The notes: generated by a model from the letters alone, not told the origin. DNA of 64,000 nt from Synechococcus sp. UW140 (GCA_943369525.1 CALRNL020000012.1:8998-72997); one strand, 5' to 3'; positions 25,925 through 34,871 are shown, numbered from the stretch's first letter. Numbers and translations: made by a program.

Positions 25925-27469
25925 CTACACCCTCTGCATGCCGCTGCCGCATCGCTGCCTGTCCCGATCCAGCTTGCGCTGCAGCCGCTGGTTAAGGCCC
26001 AGTTCCGCCCCGGCCCAGAGCCGATCGATCTCCCGGGTGAAATGGGCCGCGAGCAGGGGCGAGTCGATGATCATCAACACTTCATCGTTCTGATGGGCGG
26101 CCGACGGACTCCAGTTGAAGCTGCCGGTGATCACCGTGCGGTTGTCGATCACGGCGACCTTGTGGTGAAGTTTGTCGCCCCTCGCCAGCCTGGGGGTGGC
26201 GACCCCTTCCATGGGGCTGGCCAGGGGGCGGTTGCCGGCTTCCAGTTTGCAGTGGCGATCGGGCAGGGCCAGGCCCAGCAGGTCGAGCACTTCTGAAAAG
26301 GGGCGATTGGCAAAGCCGGGGTCGGCCAGCAGCCGGATTTGGACGCCCCTGGCCTTGAGCTGGCCCACGGTGTCGGCCAGGTTCTGGGCCGAAAAGACAA
26401 ACAGGGCCATGTCCAGGCGGCGCTTGCTGCTCGAGAGCACCTGGGCCAGCAGGTTCAAGCCGTTGTGGGGATCGCTGCGGCGCTGGGGGGTAAACAGCAG
26501 GCGCACTTTGGTCGGGCCCACCATCACCGACTCCACTCCCCCCTGCTGCTTGGGGAGTCCGAACTGGCTATCGCTGCTCCCGCCCGGCCCATCGCCCCAG
26601 AAACGGTTGAACTCGCCCACAAATCGCTTTGCCAGGGCCGGGCTGTCGATGCGCAGCAGGTGGTTGGCATTGCCGCGGGTGCGGGGATCGCCGGGATCGC
26701 CGTGGATGCAGGAGGGGGTGAAGTTGGCCGATCCCGTCACCACCAGCTGCCGGTCCACCACCAGAAATTTGGCGTGCATCAAACCGCTGCCGGCGCTGCC
26801 GTCTTCCCTGTCATCAATCACGGGCACGCCGCCCCGCCGCAGGATGGCCACCGCATCGCCCCGTTCGATTTCGCTTTGGCTGAGCACCCCGTTGTGGTCC
26901 TGGTCGGCCAGGGCCATCAGTTGCTGCCGGCGCAGGCGCAGCGTGGGACTGAGATCGGCCGCGTGTTCGTCGCTCCAAGGGGTGCTGTAGGTGTTCTCCA
27001 GCACGACCCGCACGAGCAGCCCCTGCCGCTGTTTGGCGACCAGGGCTTCGGCCACCCGTGGCAGTGACAACTCCTGGACTGCGACCAGGACATCGCGTTT
27101 TGCGGAGTGAATCGCCGCCAGCAGCATGGCTTCGAGATCGTCGCCGGCGCGCTCTCGCCGGCTGATTGGACTTTGGTAGTGGTGGTCGGCCCGGTGGTTG
27201 AAGGCCACGGCAAAGCCCGGCGGCAGGGGCAACGCTTCGGGGGGCTGGCCGATGATTCTCCCGGCCTGGCTGCAACCGCCCAGGGCCAGGCCAAGGCAGG
27301 CCGTTAGGCCCAGGAGAGTGGGGCTCTGGAGGCTGGCTGTTGATCTCCAGCGGGCTGGTGGGCTTGGCTTGATCCGATCGGTGGCTTGCCATCGCCGGCG
27401 CCCCAGAACGCCCGTCGGCCAGGCAGGTTGCGGGGGACAGGCGGAGGTCCGATCCTGCAGTTCAGCCAT
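25925..27469 (-). CDS. phospholipase D-family protein (two HKD motifs), lipoprotein, with an EF-hand-like Ca-binding loop
   Basis: HKD motifs HAKFLVVDRQLVVTGSANF and HHKVAVIDNRTVITGSFNW. Lipobox LALGGCS. DQDHNGVLSQSE (nt 26870-26905) fits the canonical 12-residue EF-hand loop. Confidence 0.85.
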   Translation of the reverse strand: MAELQDRTSACPPQPAWPTGVLGRRRWQATDRIKPSPPARWRSTASLQSPTLLGLTACLGLALGGCSQAGRIIGQPPEALPLPPGFAVAFNHRADHHYQSPISRRERAGDDLEAMLLAAIHSAKRDVLVAVQELSLPRVAEALVAKQRQGLLVRVVLENTYSTPWSDEHAADLSPTLRLRRQQLMALADQDHNGVLSQSEIERGDAVAILRRGGVPVIDDREDGSAGSGLMHAKFLVVDRQLVVTGSANFTPSCIHGDPGDPRTRGNANHLLRIDSPALAKRFVGEFNRFWGDGPGGSSDSQFGLPKQQGGVESVMVGPTKVRLLFTPQRRSDPHNGLNLLAQVLSSSKRRLDMALFVFSAQNLADTVGQLKARGVQIRLLADPGFANRPFSEVLDLLGLALPDRHCKLEAGNRPLASPMEGVATPRLARGDKLHHKVAVIDNRTVITGSFNWSPSAAHQNDEVLMIIDSPLLAAHFTREIDRLWAGAELGLNQRLQRKLDRDRQRCGSGMQRV

Positions 27470-27615
27470 CGCCTCACCATCGCTGCAACCAGGGTTCCCG
27501 GCTTAGTCGCCCTCCGGCTCGTTGAGGCGGAAGTGGGGCCCCTGAGGTGAAGGGTTGGCCTTAGGGACTGGGGACCTGCTTGAGGACTCCCGATGGGGAT
27601 CGCCCCCTGGCGGAC

Positions 27616-27816
27616 CTAGCCGTGGTGCGGCATTTCCGAGGTGCGCAGCATCAAGGTGAACCAGATGCAGCTCACGATGACGGCTGCCGCCACCCCGGCG
27701 CCAATGCCGACCCGCACCATCAGGATCGGCACTAACAGGGGGACCACCACGGCTCCGGCCATGGGGGTGAGGGCCACGATTGGCTTGAGAACGCTGGTGG
27801 GGATCGGGGAGGTCAT
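27616..27816 (-). CDS. small membrane protein (66 aa, two hydrophobic segments)
   Basis: MTSPIPTSVLKPIVALTPMAGAVVVPLLVPILMVRVGIGAGVAAAVIVSCIWFTLMLRTSEMPHHG. The ATG at 27816 lies 5 nt after the stop of the DUF4912 gene. The longer track ORF overlaps that gene and was trimmed. Confidence 0.45.
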   Translation of the reverse strand: MTSPIPTSVLKPIVALTPMAGAVVVPLLVPILMVRVGIGAGVAAAVIVSCIWFTLMLRTSEMPHHG

Positions 27817-27820
27817 CGGA

Positions 27821-28966
27821 TCAGAACCACTCGGCCACGGCTTGGCTTGCCGTGTTGGTGTTGTCTTCCGGGGTGCGCCGTTCAAATTCCAGGGTGATGT
27901 TGCGCTTCTGTTCGCCATCGGCGGCCACCGCCTTGATCGGATAGATCTGCTGGCCATCCCGGAAGGGCACCTGGACCCGGAAGGTGCCGTCGCTAGAGAG
28001 GGGCACATCCTCATCGCCGATGCTCAGGCGGGCCGAGGGATCGGTGGCGCCGTAGACGATCAGTTCGGCATCGGCCACCAGCCAGAAGGCCCGTTGCCGC
28101 GAGGCCAGGGCCCCGGCGCCGGATTCGTTGCGGCCGCTGGCCCAGACCCCCACCCCCGACGATTGGCCGCCGGCCGCCTGGGCCGTGGAGCCGGCCAGGG
28201 CATCCTCATGGAAGGCTTCGGAGCCCCGACCCAGGTGGCGCCAGCGGGTGGCAGGCAGGGTGGCGGCTTGATAGAGGCGCTCGTGCAGGCCGTTGTCGCT
28301 GCTGCTCTCAGGGCTGGTGGCGCCTGGGGGAGCCTGGGTCGCAGGCAGCGGCGTGGTTTCCAGGGAGAAGGGCACGAACTGGTCGTAGATCTGCTCGCTG
28401 GGATGGAGGGCTGGCACCCGGGCAACGGCCGAGGTGGCGAGCGAGATCCAACCACCGCCACCCTTGCGGTAGCCCAGCTCAACCCGGTAGTCCCGATCAC
28501 TCAGGGGCACCGGCAAATACCACTCGGTGGCATGGCTGTTGACGGTCACCTCCTGGAGGGTGTGGGGGTGGCTGCCGCCGCCGCTCAGGCCGGTGACGTC
28601 GGCGACCCGCAGGCAGAGCTGGCTAGCCCCAGCCTGTTGGGCCTGCTGCCGGTCCCCATCGGAGATTTCCCAGAACACATAGGCCCATTGGGGATCCCGG
28701 GGGAGGAACACCACCCGGGTGTCGGACTCGGGGCGGGGGGCTGGTGCCAGGCCCGCTTCGAGGCTGCTCAGGCCGGGATCTCTCCAGGCCTGATCCACCG
28801 GGTCCTCGCCCCCAGCGGCTTTGCTGGCCAGGGGCTGGCGATCACTGATGGCGCTAACCAGCTGCTCCTTGGTTTTGCGGCTGTAGAGGGACACACCCAG
28901 ATCGCTGGCGACCTGGCGCAGTTGCCTCAGGGTCATTTGGGCCAACGAAGACAGGGCTTGGCTCAC
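27821..28966 (-). CDS. DUF4912 domain protein with a Rho-N/SAP-like N-terminal domain
   Basis: N-terminus MTLRQLRQVASDLGVSLYSRKTKEQLVSAI is the Rho termination factor N-terminal (SAP-like) pattern. The following region (VVFLPRDPQWAYVFWEISDGD ...) matches DUF4912 as I recall it. Confidence 0.75.
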   Translation of the reverse strand: MSQALSSLAQMTLRQLRQVASDLGVSLYSRKTKEQLVSAISDRQPLASKAAGGEDPVDQAWRDPGLSSLEAGLAPAPRPESDTRVVFLPRDPQWAYVFWEISDGDRQQAQQAGASQLCLRVADVTGLSGGGSHPHTLQEVTVNSHATEWYLPVPLSDRDYRVELGYRKGGGGWISLATSAVARVPALHPSEQIYDQFVPFSLETTPLPATQAPPGATSPESSSDNGLHERLYQAATLPATRWRHLGRGSEAFHEDALAGSTAQAAGGQSSGVGVWASGRNESGAGALASRQRAFWLVADAELIVYGATDPSARLSIGDEDVPLSSDGTFRVQVPFRDGQQIYPIKAVAADGEQKRNITLEFERRTPEDNTNTASQAVAEWF

Positions 28967-29083
28967 AGCGCCTCCAGATTTCTTTCGGGATCAGTCTGCA
29001 CAACTTTTCGGCCATCCCCGGGTCCCACCCCTTTGTCGTCAGGATCCACTGACCCCCGAGCCCGGCCCATCCCAGTGCTGGAC

Positions 29084-29114
29084 ACAAAAAAAGTGGCGGG
29101 GTGGCCCGCCACTT
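29084..29114 (-). terminator. intrinsic terminator downstream of cpcG
   Basis: On the minus strand: AAGTGGCGGG-CCAC-CCCGCCACTT, a perfect 10-bp stem with a 4-nt loop, followed by TTTTTTTGTG. It lies 26 nt after the cpcG stop. Confidence 0.75.
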
Positions 29115-29139
29115 GGGTGCTGCAAATGGGCTGCGGGGC

Positions 29140-29916
29140 TCAGCGGCCCAGGCTGCGGTAGGGGACTTTCGCCAGGTAGTCGATGTTGGCACTGCCGCCG
29201 GAGTTGCCGCGGGTGCGGGTGGCGGGCAGGGTGCGCACCCAGGCCAGGTAGTCCTCGGGGTAGCCGCCGCGACGCTGGCTGGCGCGCTCGGGCAGGCTGC
29301 GGGCCGTACCGGTGTAGATGATCTGGGGGAAGCCCAGAACATTGCGGTGGTAGGCCTCGTAGCGGGGGGTGGTGATGTTGAAGGGGGTTTCGCCCAGGTC
29401 ACGGGAGCCCACCACCCGGTTGCGGTGGTAGGGCACCGTGTCGTAGCCGAAGGCGTCGAGATACTCCTGGCTATTGAGGATGTCATCAACAGCGCCCCGG
29501 ATTCCCCGGGTCATGATCACCGCCGACCAGGCGATCTCTTCCGCTTTGCCATACACCTGGCGGCCCAGCAGCTTTTCCACGAGGTGGCGGGCCACCCGGT
29601 AGTTGCTGTTGAGGTTGTAGAAGCTGCGGGTGAAGGTATCGGACAGGCACAGGGAGCGAATGAAATCGCGCACCGTGATTTGACCGTCACGCAACTGGGA
29701 TTCCAGGGTGCGGTCCCGATCCACCTTGAAAGCGTGGAAGAAGATCTGGCGGTAGGCCGCTTCGATGACGAAGTTTTGATCTTCACGATCAATGGCTTTG
29801 TCAAGGGATACGGCTTTCGGATCCTCATCCGAACCCACCCGCAGATCCTTCACGCGAGAATTCTGCGTGCTGGGCGCGTACTTCAGAAGAGGAAGGGCCA
29901 CTCGAAACTTCGGCAT
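29140..29916 (-). CDS. cpcG: phycobilisome rod-core linker polypeptide CpcG
   Basis: PBS-linker domain: AAYRQIFFHAFKVDRDRTLESQLRDGQITVRDFIRSLCLSDTFTRSFY. The GTG at 29901 gives the canonical MALPLLKY N-terminus and fits the upstream -10-like box better than the ATG at 29916. Confidence 0.9.
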   Translation of the reverse strand: MPKFRVALPLLKYAPSTQNSRVKDLRVGSDEDPKAVSLDKAIDREDQNFVIEAAYRQIFFHAFKVDRDRTLESQLRDGQITVRDFIRSLCLSDTFTRSFYNLNSNYRVARHLVEKLLGRQVYGKAEEIAWSAVIMTRGIRGAVDDILNSQEYLDAFGYDTVPYHRNRVVGSRDLGETPFNITTPRYEAYHRNVLGFPQIIYTGTARSLPERASQRRGGYPEDYLAWVRTLPATRTRGNSGGSANIDYLAKVPYRSLGR

Positions 29917-29928
29917 CCGTCGCCGCTG

Positions 29929-29935
29929 ATCGTAG
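29929..29935 (-). promoter_or_regulatory. candidate -10 element (CTACGAT) for cpcG
   Basis: The minus strand reads CTACGAT. It is 27 nt upstream of the GTG at 29901. The same heptamer occurs upstream of ocp, rpsU, the DUF3747 gene and yggT. Confidence 0.35.
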
Positions 29936-29994
29936 AAGTCCGCCCTCGGGGCGACCGGTTAGCCCGGGCCAGGGCTCACAGTCCGTAACGTTCC

Positions 29995-30669
29995 CTACCA
30001 GCCCAGGGGCGACAGGGTGGCGCTGGCGCCGGGGCTGCTGCCGGCGGCGGCCGGGCTGGCGTCCAGGTCTGGCCCGTCCTCCTCGCTGCAGCGGGTTTCC
30101 ACGCAGAAGGAGGCCGTGTTGGAGAGCCCCTCCACCGTGCTGGTGCGCAGGCGCACATTCGGCCCGGCAAAGGAGAAGCGCTCTAGGGAGCTCATCGTTT
30201 CGTAGGCGGTGCTCAGCAGCAGGTCGTCCCGGTCGTCCATGCGGAAGTGGCCGGCCACCGGTGCCGTTTCGGCGTAGCCCCGGTCCCGCAGCAGCAGGCC
30301 GGCCCGGCCGCGTCCATCGGTGGGGATCAGGCCGAAGACACTCTCGCCCTGGTGGTCCTCGCCGGCCCTGTCCCAGGCCATCGAGCCACTCCAGCGCACC
30401 CGGCAGCCGCCCACCAGCCCGGCGGGATCCTGGCCATGGAGCTGGGCAATCGCCGCCAGGCGGGGATCGTCCACCAGCAACTCCTCCACCACGATCAGGG
30501 AGCCGCCGGCCTCAGCGCGGCGGTGCAGCAGGTGGTGGCTGCTGCGCTGGGAGCGCCAGCGCCCACAGCTCAACTGGAAAAAGCTGAGGGCATCGTTGAT
30601 CGCCAGGGGACCTGGGCCCTGGGGGCTGCGGGCGGAGGGGCTGCTGGAGACCGGCTCAGGGCTGCTCAA
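29995..30669 (-). CDS. cpcS: phycobiliprotein (phycocyanobilin) lyase, CpcS/CpeS family
   Basis: FFQLSCGRWRSQRSSHHLLHRRAEAGGS matches the CpcS/CpeS N-terminal signature (FF-x-S-x-G-x-W-x-SQR-x-x-HHL). The C-terminal ASFCVETR resembles the family end. Confidence 0.75.
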   Translation of the reverse strand: MSSPEPVSSSPSARSPQGPGPLAINDALSFFQLSCGRWRSQRSSHHLLHRRAEAGGSLIVVEELLVDDPRLAAIAQLHGQDPAGLVGGCRVRWSGSMAWDRAGEDHQGESVFGLIPTDGRGRAGLLLRDRGYAETAPVAGHFRMDDRDDLLLSTAYETMSSLERFSFAGPNVRLRTSTVEGLSNTASFCVETRCSEEDGPDLDASPAAAGSSPGASATLSPLGW

Positions 30670-31073
30670 GGGAACGACTCAGATCCCCTGATCTTCTCAA
30701 TGCGGCGGTCCGCCTGGCGATGGGCCCAGGCCACCAGCTCCGCCAGGCCTAGGTCCAGGGGGCCGGCGGGCTCCTGCTGCGGTGGCCAGATCCCCGGGTT
30801 GGGGGCGCCCCTTTCTTGGGCGATGGCTTCGAGCTGGATGCCGGCCCCTTGCAGCTGGTCGAGGAAGGCCTGGCAAAAGCCCGGGTCGGCCTGCAGTTCC
30901 GGGTGGGCCAAGGCCCAGGCCAGCAGCATGGCCCGGTCGGGAAGGGGACCGCTGCGGCGGCCTGCGGCCGCCTGGAGGCTGCGCAGGCTGTGGGCCAGCA
31001 GGCGCAGGTGGTGGCGCTCCAGGGCGGGTAGCAAGCTGGCTTCCAGCTCGGCCAGCTCTTCGGGAGTTAGCAC
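30666..31073 (-). CDS. hypothetical protein (135 aa) between sufR and cpcS
   Basis: The GTG at 31073 overlaps the sufR stop (GTGCTAA). Its TGA overlaps the cpcS ATG (ATGA at 30666-30669). Sequence VLTPEELAELEASLLPALERHHLRLLAHSLRSLQ... looks helical. No family recognised. Confidence 0.5.
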   Translation of the reverse strand: MLTPEELAELEASLLPALERHHLRLLAHSLRSLQAAAGRRSGPLPDRAMLLAWALAHPELQADPGFCQAFLDQLQGAGIQLEAIAQERGAPNPGIWPPQQEPAGPLDLGLAELVAWAHRQADRRIEKIRGSESFP

Positions 31074-31936
31074 CCTGGCCCGGGGGATGGGGCCCCATGG
31101 AGCTGGAGGCGGAAGCCGCAGGAGTGGCCCCCCTCCAGGCGCCAATGGACGCGATCCACTTGGCAGTCGGGGAAGGTGTGGCGGATCAGTTGTAGCTCCT
31201 GGTCGCAGACCTGGGGAAACTGCTCGGCGATCCGCATCACCGAGCAATGGAATTCACTCATCACCCAGCCCGGGCCATCGCTGTCCCGCTGGAACTCGGC
31301 CACGTAGCCGTCGCGGCGGCGTAGGTCCACGAGCCGCTCGATCCGTTCAGCCAGGGAGCCGGAGCCGATGTTCTGGCGATAGACCGCTGCCTGGGTTGCC
31401 GCCTGTTCGGCCAGCAGCTGGGCCACGGTTTGGGCGGGCAGGGTGGCGGCCAGGGAATCGAGCAGGCCGAGGGCAAAATGCTCACTGCCATCAGGGAAGC
31501 GGGTGCGGCCTTCGCGGGTCAGGCCCCAGCGGTTGCTAGGCCGGCCCGGGCCTTCGGCGCTGGGACTGGCCACCACCAGGCCATCGTCTTCGAGGGAGCG
31601 CAGATGGCGGCGCATCACCTGCACGGACACCACCAGCTGTTGGGCCAGGTCTGCGGCGGTGGCCTCGCCCTGGCGCAGTAGCAGGGTCAGCACCGCGTCG
31701 CGGGTTGGGGCCGGGCCAGCTGTTGCCGATGGGGAAATCCCTGCCGATGGGGCGGACCCTGCCGCCGCTGCGCGGGAAGCCCTGTCGCTCGCCTCGCCTA
31801 GGGGAGGGGGCCCGGGCCGCGGGGACTCCCCGACCCTGCTGCCCTGCTGGCTCGCCGTACTTGACGTGGGTTGGGCGGACAGTGTCATGGCCCTGGTCAT
31901 GGCCCTGGTCTTGGCCGGAGCCTGGACCTCCACCAT
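31067..31936 (-). CDS. sufR: iron-sulfur cluster biosynthesis transcriptional regulator SufR
   Basis: Winged-helix region TRDAVLTLLLRQGEATAADLAQQLVVSVQVMRRHLRSLEDDGLV. C-terminal Cys cluster FHCSVMRIAEQFPQVCDQEL...GGHSCGF. Divergent from the suf operon. The start is uncertain, with in-frame ATGs at 31936, 31900 and 31888; any of them leaves a low-complexity N-terminal extension of at least 60 aa. Confidence 0.85.
   Translation of the reverse strand: MVEVQAPAKTRAMTRAMTLSAQPTSSTASQQGSRVGESPRPGPPPLGEASDRASRAAAAGSAPSAGISPSATAGPAPTRDAVLTLLLRQGEATAADLAQQLVVSVQVMRRHLRSLEDDGLVVASPSAEGPGRPSNRWGLTREGRTRFPDGSEHFALGLLDSLAATLPAQTVAQLLAEQAATQAAVYRQNIGSGSLAERIERLVDLRRRDGYVAEFQRDSDGPGWVMSEFHCSVMRIAEQFPQVCDQELQLIRHTFPDCQVDRVHWRLEGGHSCGFRLQLHGAPSPGPGC
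31884..31916. repeat. 12-bp tandem repeat (about 2.7 copies) at the candidate sufR start codons
   Basis: gtcatggccctg gtcatggccctg gtcttggcc read directly. On the minus strand it duplicates ATG-containing MTRA-MTRA. Confidence 0.85.
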
Positions 31937-32188
31937 GCCACGTTTGTTTTGCTGTTGTTGCCTTGGCCCTGGGGCAGCCTGGGCTGGATCGGCCTGGGCA
32001 GGGCGGCCTAGGGGGCTGGGTTGGCGCGGGGCCCAATTGGCCCCCAGCAACCGGCGCCGGGTTCGGTGCCCTAGGCTCAATCCTAAGGAAACCCCCAGGT
32101 TTCGTTATTGCTGCCATCTGCCTTTTCGGGCCCCCAGGGCCTGGCCGGGCACCCTTTCTGGCACGACTTCGCCGTTCACTTGCCGCCC

Positions 32189-32557
32189 ATGTCCGACACC
32201 CCAACCTCCACCGAGGCGACCAAGGCCAGTGACAGCCTTGAGGTGATCCGCAAGTTTGCCGAGACCTACGCCCAGCGCACCGGCACCTACTTCTGCATCG
32301 ACTCCGGCGTGACGGCGGTGGTGTTGGAGGGGCTGGCCCGCCATAAGGACGAGCTCGGCGGTGCCCTCTGCCCTTGTCGCCACTACGAGGACAAGCAGGC
32401 CGAGGTCCAACAGGCCTTTTGGAACTGCCCTTGCGTGCCCATGCGCGAGCGCAAGGAATGCCATTGCATGCTGTTTCTCACCGAAGACAACGCCTTCCGC
32501 TGTGACAAGCAGACCATCTCAACTGAAGAGATTCAGGCCCATTGCTCCCTTGGATAG
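32189..32557 (+). CDS. ftrC: ferredoxin-thioredoxin reductase catalytic subunit
   Basis: CPCRHY...WNCPCVPMRERKECHCMLF is the FTR catalytic-chain Cys motif set. Internal ATG at 32189 (MSDTPTS...). Confidence 0.9.
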   Translation: MSDTPTSTEATKASDSLEVIRKFAETYAQRTGTYFCIDSGVTAVVLEGLARHKDELGGALCPCRHYEDKQAEVQQAFWNCPCVPMRERKECHCMLFLTEDNAFRCDKQTISTEEIQAHCSLG

Positions 32558-32563
32558 ACGGCC

Positions 32564-34006
32564 ATGACCGCTGCAGCCAGCGTTGGTGATCTCGTCAGTC
32601 AGCCGTACAAGTACGGGTTCGTGACTGATATTGAAACTGAAAAAATCGCCAAGGGCCTCAGTGAGGACGTGGTGCGGCTGATTTCCAGTAAAAAGGACGA
32701 ACCCGCCTTTCTGCTGGAATTCAGGCTGAGGGCCTACCGTCAATGGCTGCAGATGGAAACACCCGATTGGGCTGCCCTGGGTTATCCGGCGATTGATTTT
32801 CAAAATATTATTTATTACGCGGCTCCTAAGCAACGTGATAAGAAGGCAAGCCTCGATGAGGTGGACCCGAAGCTGCTCGAAACCTTCGACAAGCTGGGCA
32901 TTCCGTTGAGTGAGCAGAAGCGCCTCACTAATGTGGCCGTGGATGCCGTTTTTGACAGCGTTTCGATCGCCACTACCTACAAGGAAAAACTGGCCGAGCA
33001 TGGGGTTATTTTCTGCTCGATTAGTGAGGCTGTGAAAGAGCATCCTGAGCTGATCGAGCGCTACTTGGGCACGGTTGTCCCCAGCAACGACAACTACTAT
33101 TCGGCCCTCAACTCGGCTGTTTTTAGTGATGGATCCTTCGTGTTCATCCCCAAGGGGGTCGAATGTCCGATGGAGCTCTCCACCTACTTCCGCATCAATT
33201 CGGGCGACACCGGCCAGTTTGAGCGCACCTTGATCGTGGCGGAAGAAGGGGCTTCGGTGAGTTACCTGGAGGGCTGCACGGCCCCCATGTTCGATACCAA
33301 CCAACTCCACGCGGCCGTGGTTGAACTGGTGGTCCTGGATGATGCCTCGATCAAGTATTCCACCGTGCAGAACTGGTACGCCGGCGATGAACATGGCGTG
33401 GGGGGGATCTACAACTTCGTGACCAAGCGGGGCCACTGCCGCGGCGATCGCAGCAAGATCAGCTGGACCCAGGTGGAAACCGGTTCGGCAATCACCTGGA
33501 AATACCCCAGTTGCGTGCTTCAGGGCGCTGATTCGGTCGGTGAATTCTATTCGGTTGCCCTCACGAACAACCATCAGCAGGCCGATACCGGCTCCAAAAT
33601 GGTGCATGTGGGTCCCCGCACCCGCTCCACGATCGTCAGCAAGGGCATCAGCGCGGGCCATTCCGCCAACAGCTATCGGGGCCTGGTTCAGATTGGTCCT
33701 AAGGCCGTGGGAGCCCGCAATTACAGCCAGTGCGACTCGATGTTGATTGGCGACCAGGCCGCCGCCAACACCTATCCCTACATCCGCTCCCAGCAGCCCC
33801 AAGCTTCGGTGGAGCATGAGGCCAGCACCTGTCGCATGTCCGAAGACCAGCTTTTCTATCTGCAGAGCCGGGGCATTGCCTTTGAGGAGGCCGTGTCCAT
33901 GATGGTGAGTGGCTTCTGCCGCGACGTGTTCAACCAGTTGCCGATGGAGTTCGCTGCCGAAGCGGACAAGTTGCTCGCCCTGAAGTTGGAAGGGTCGGTC
34001 GGCTAG
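32564..34006 (+). CDS. sufB: Fe-S cluster assembly scaffold protein SufB
   Basis: 480 aa. Highly conserved SufB blocks: [50 protein letters not shown]. Confidence 0.97.
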   Translation: MTAAASVGDLVSQPYKYGFVTDIETEKIAKGLSEDVVRLISSKKDEPAFLLEFRLRAYRQWLQMETPDWAALGYPAIDFQNIIYYAAPKQRDKKASLDEVDPKLLETFDKLGIPLSEQKRLTNVAVDAVFDSVSIATTYKEKLAEHGVIFCSISEAVKEHPELIERYLGTVVPSNDNYYSALNSAVFSDGSFVFIPKGVECPMELSTYFRINSGDTGQFERTLIVAEEGASVSYLEGCTAPMFDTNQLHAAVVELVVLDDASIKYSTVQNWYAGDEHGVGGIYNFVTKRGHCRGDRSKISWTQVETGSAITWKYPSCVLQGADSVGEFYSVALTNNHQQADTGSKMVHVGPRTRSTIVSKGISAGHSANSYRGLVQIGPKAVGARNYSQCDSMLIGDQAAANTYPYIRSQQPQASVEHEASTCRMSEDQLFYLQSRGIAFEEAVSMMVSGFCRDVFNQLPMEFAAEADKLLALKLEGSVG

Positions 34007-34034
34007 GCCGGCGATCCGCCCTTCGCTGCTGTCC

Positions 34035-34871
34035 ATGGGGGCAGCGGTTGATCCCGTTTCTGATTCGTTTGTTTCCTCACCCGTGATTCGCCCCGACGCC
34101 GACGTTCTGCTTGAGATCAGCGGTCTCCATGCCCGCGTGGAGGACAAGGCGATCCTCAAGGGGGTGAACCTCACCCTGCGGGCCGGCGAGATCCATGCCG
34201 TGATGGGCCGCAATGGCAGCGGCAAAAGCACCCTCTCCAAGGTGCTGGCCGGCCATCCCGCCTACACGGTGACCGCAGGCACGGTCACCTACCGGGGCCA
34301 GAACCTGCTGGAGCTCTCGCCCGAAGAGCGGGCCCGGGTGGGGGTGTTCCTCGGGTTCCAATATCCGGTGGAGATCCCGGGGGTGAGCAACCTGGAATTT
34401 CTACGGGTGGCCACCAATGCCCGCCGGGTCCAGCTCGGCCAGGAGGAACTCGACACCTTTGCCTTTGAGGACCTGGTGCGCCAGCGTCTGGCCGTGGTTC
34501 AGATGGATCCGGCCTTCCTCGATCGCAGCGTGAATGAGGGCTTCTCGGGGGGCGAGAAGAAGCGCAATGAGATTTTGCAGATGGCCCTGCTCGAGCCCCT
34601 GGTGGCCATCCTTGATGAGACCGATTCGGGCCTAGACATCGATGCCCTGCGGATCGTGGCCGCCGGCGTCAGCCAGCTGGCCACGGCCGACACCGCCACC
34701 CTGTTGATCACCCACTACCAGAGGCTGCTGGAGGCGATCACCCCCGATTTTGTCCATGTGATGGCCGCAGGCCGCATCCTGCGCACGGGGGGGCGCGACC
34801 TGGCCCTGGAACTGGAAGAGCGGGGCTACGACTGGGTGGACCAGGAACTGGCGGCCCTGGAGCGGGGCTGA
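34035..34871 (+). CDS. sufC: Fe-S cluster assembly ATPase SufC
   Basis: Walker [10 protein letters not shown], signature [11 protein letters not shown], Walker [12 protein letters not shown]. Follows sufB. Confidence 0.95.
   Translation: MGAAVDPVSDSFVSSPVIRPDADVLLEISGLHARVEDKAILKGVNLTLRAGEIHAVMGRNGSGKSTLSKVLAGHPAYTVTAGTVTYRGQNLLELSPEERARVGVFLGFQYPVEIPGVSNLEFLRVATNARRVQLGQEELDTFAFEDLVRQRLAVVQMDPAFLDRSVNEGFSGGEKKRNEILQMALLEPLVAILDETDSGLDIDALRIVAAGVSQLATADTATLLITHYQRLLEAITPDFVHVMAAGRILRTGGRDLALELEERGYDWVDQELAALERG

Noticed and set aside
27641-29161. 506-aa plus-strand ORF
   Set aside because: It is antisense to the DUF4912 gene, the small membrane gene and the cpcG 3' end. The composition is Gly/Ala/Pro/Arg-rich with no motifs, so this is a shadow ORF.
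30247-31539. 430-aa plus-strand ORF
   Set aside because: It is antisense to cpcS, the 135-aa ORF and sufR, all of which have recognisable motifs or coupling. Its composition is typical of a shadow ORF.
32519-34240. 573-aa minus-strand ORF spanning the sufB region
   Set aside because: It is antisense to an unmistakable sufB/sufC. No family motifs are present. An open antisense frame is expected in G+C-rich coding DNA, so this is a shadow ORF.
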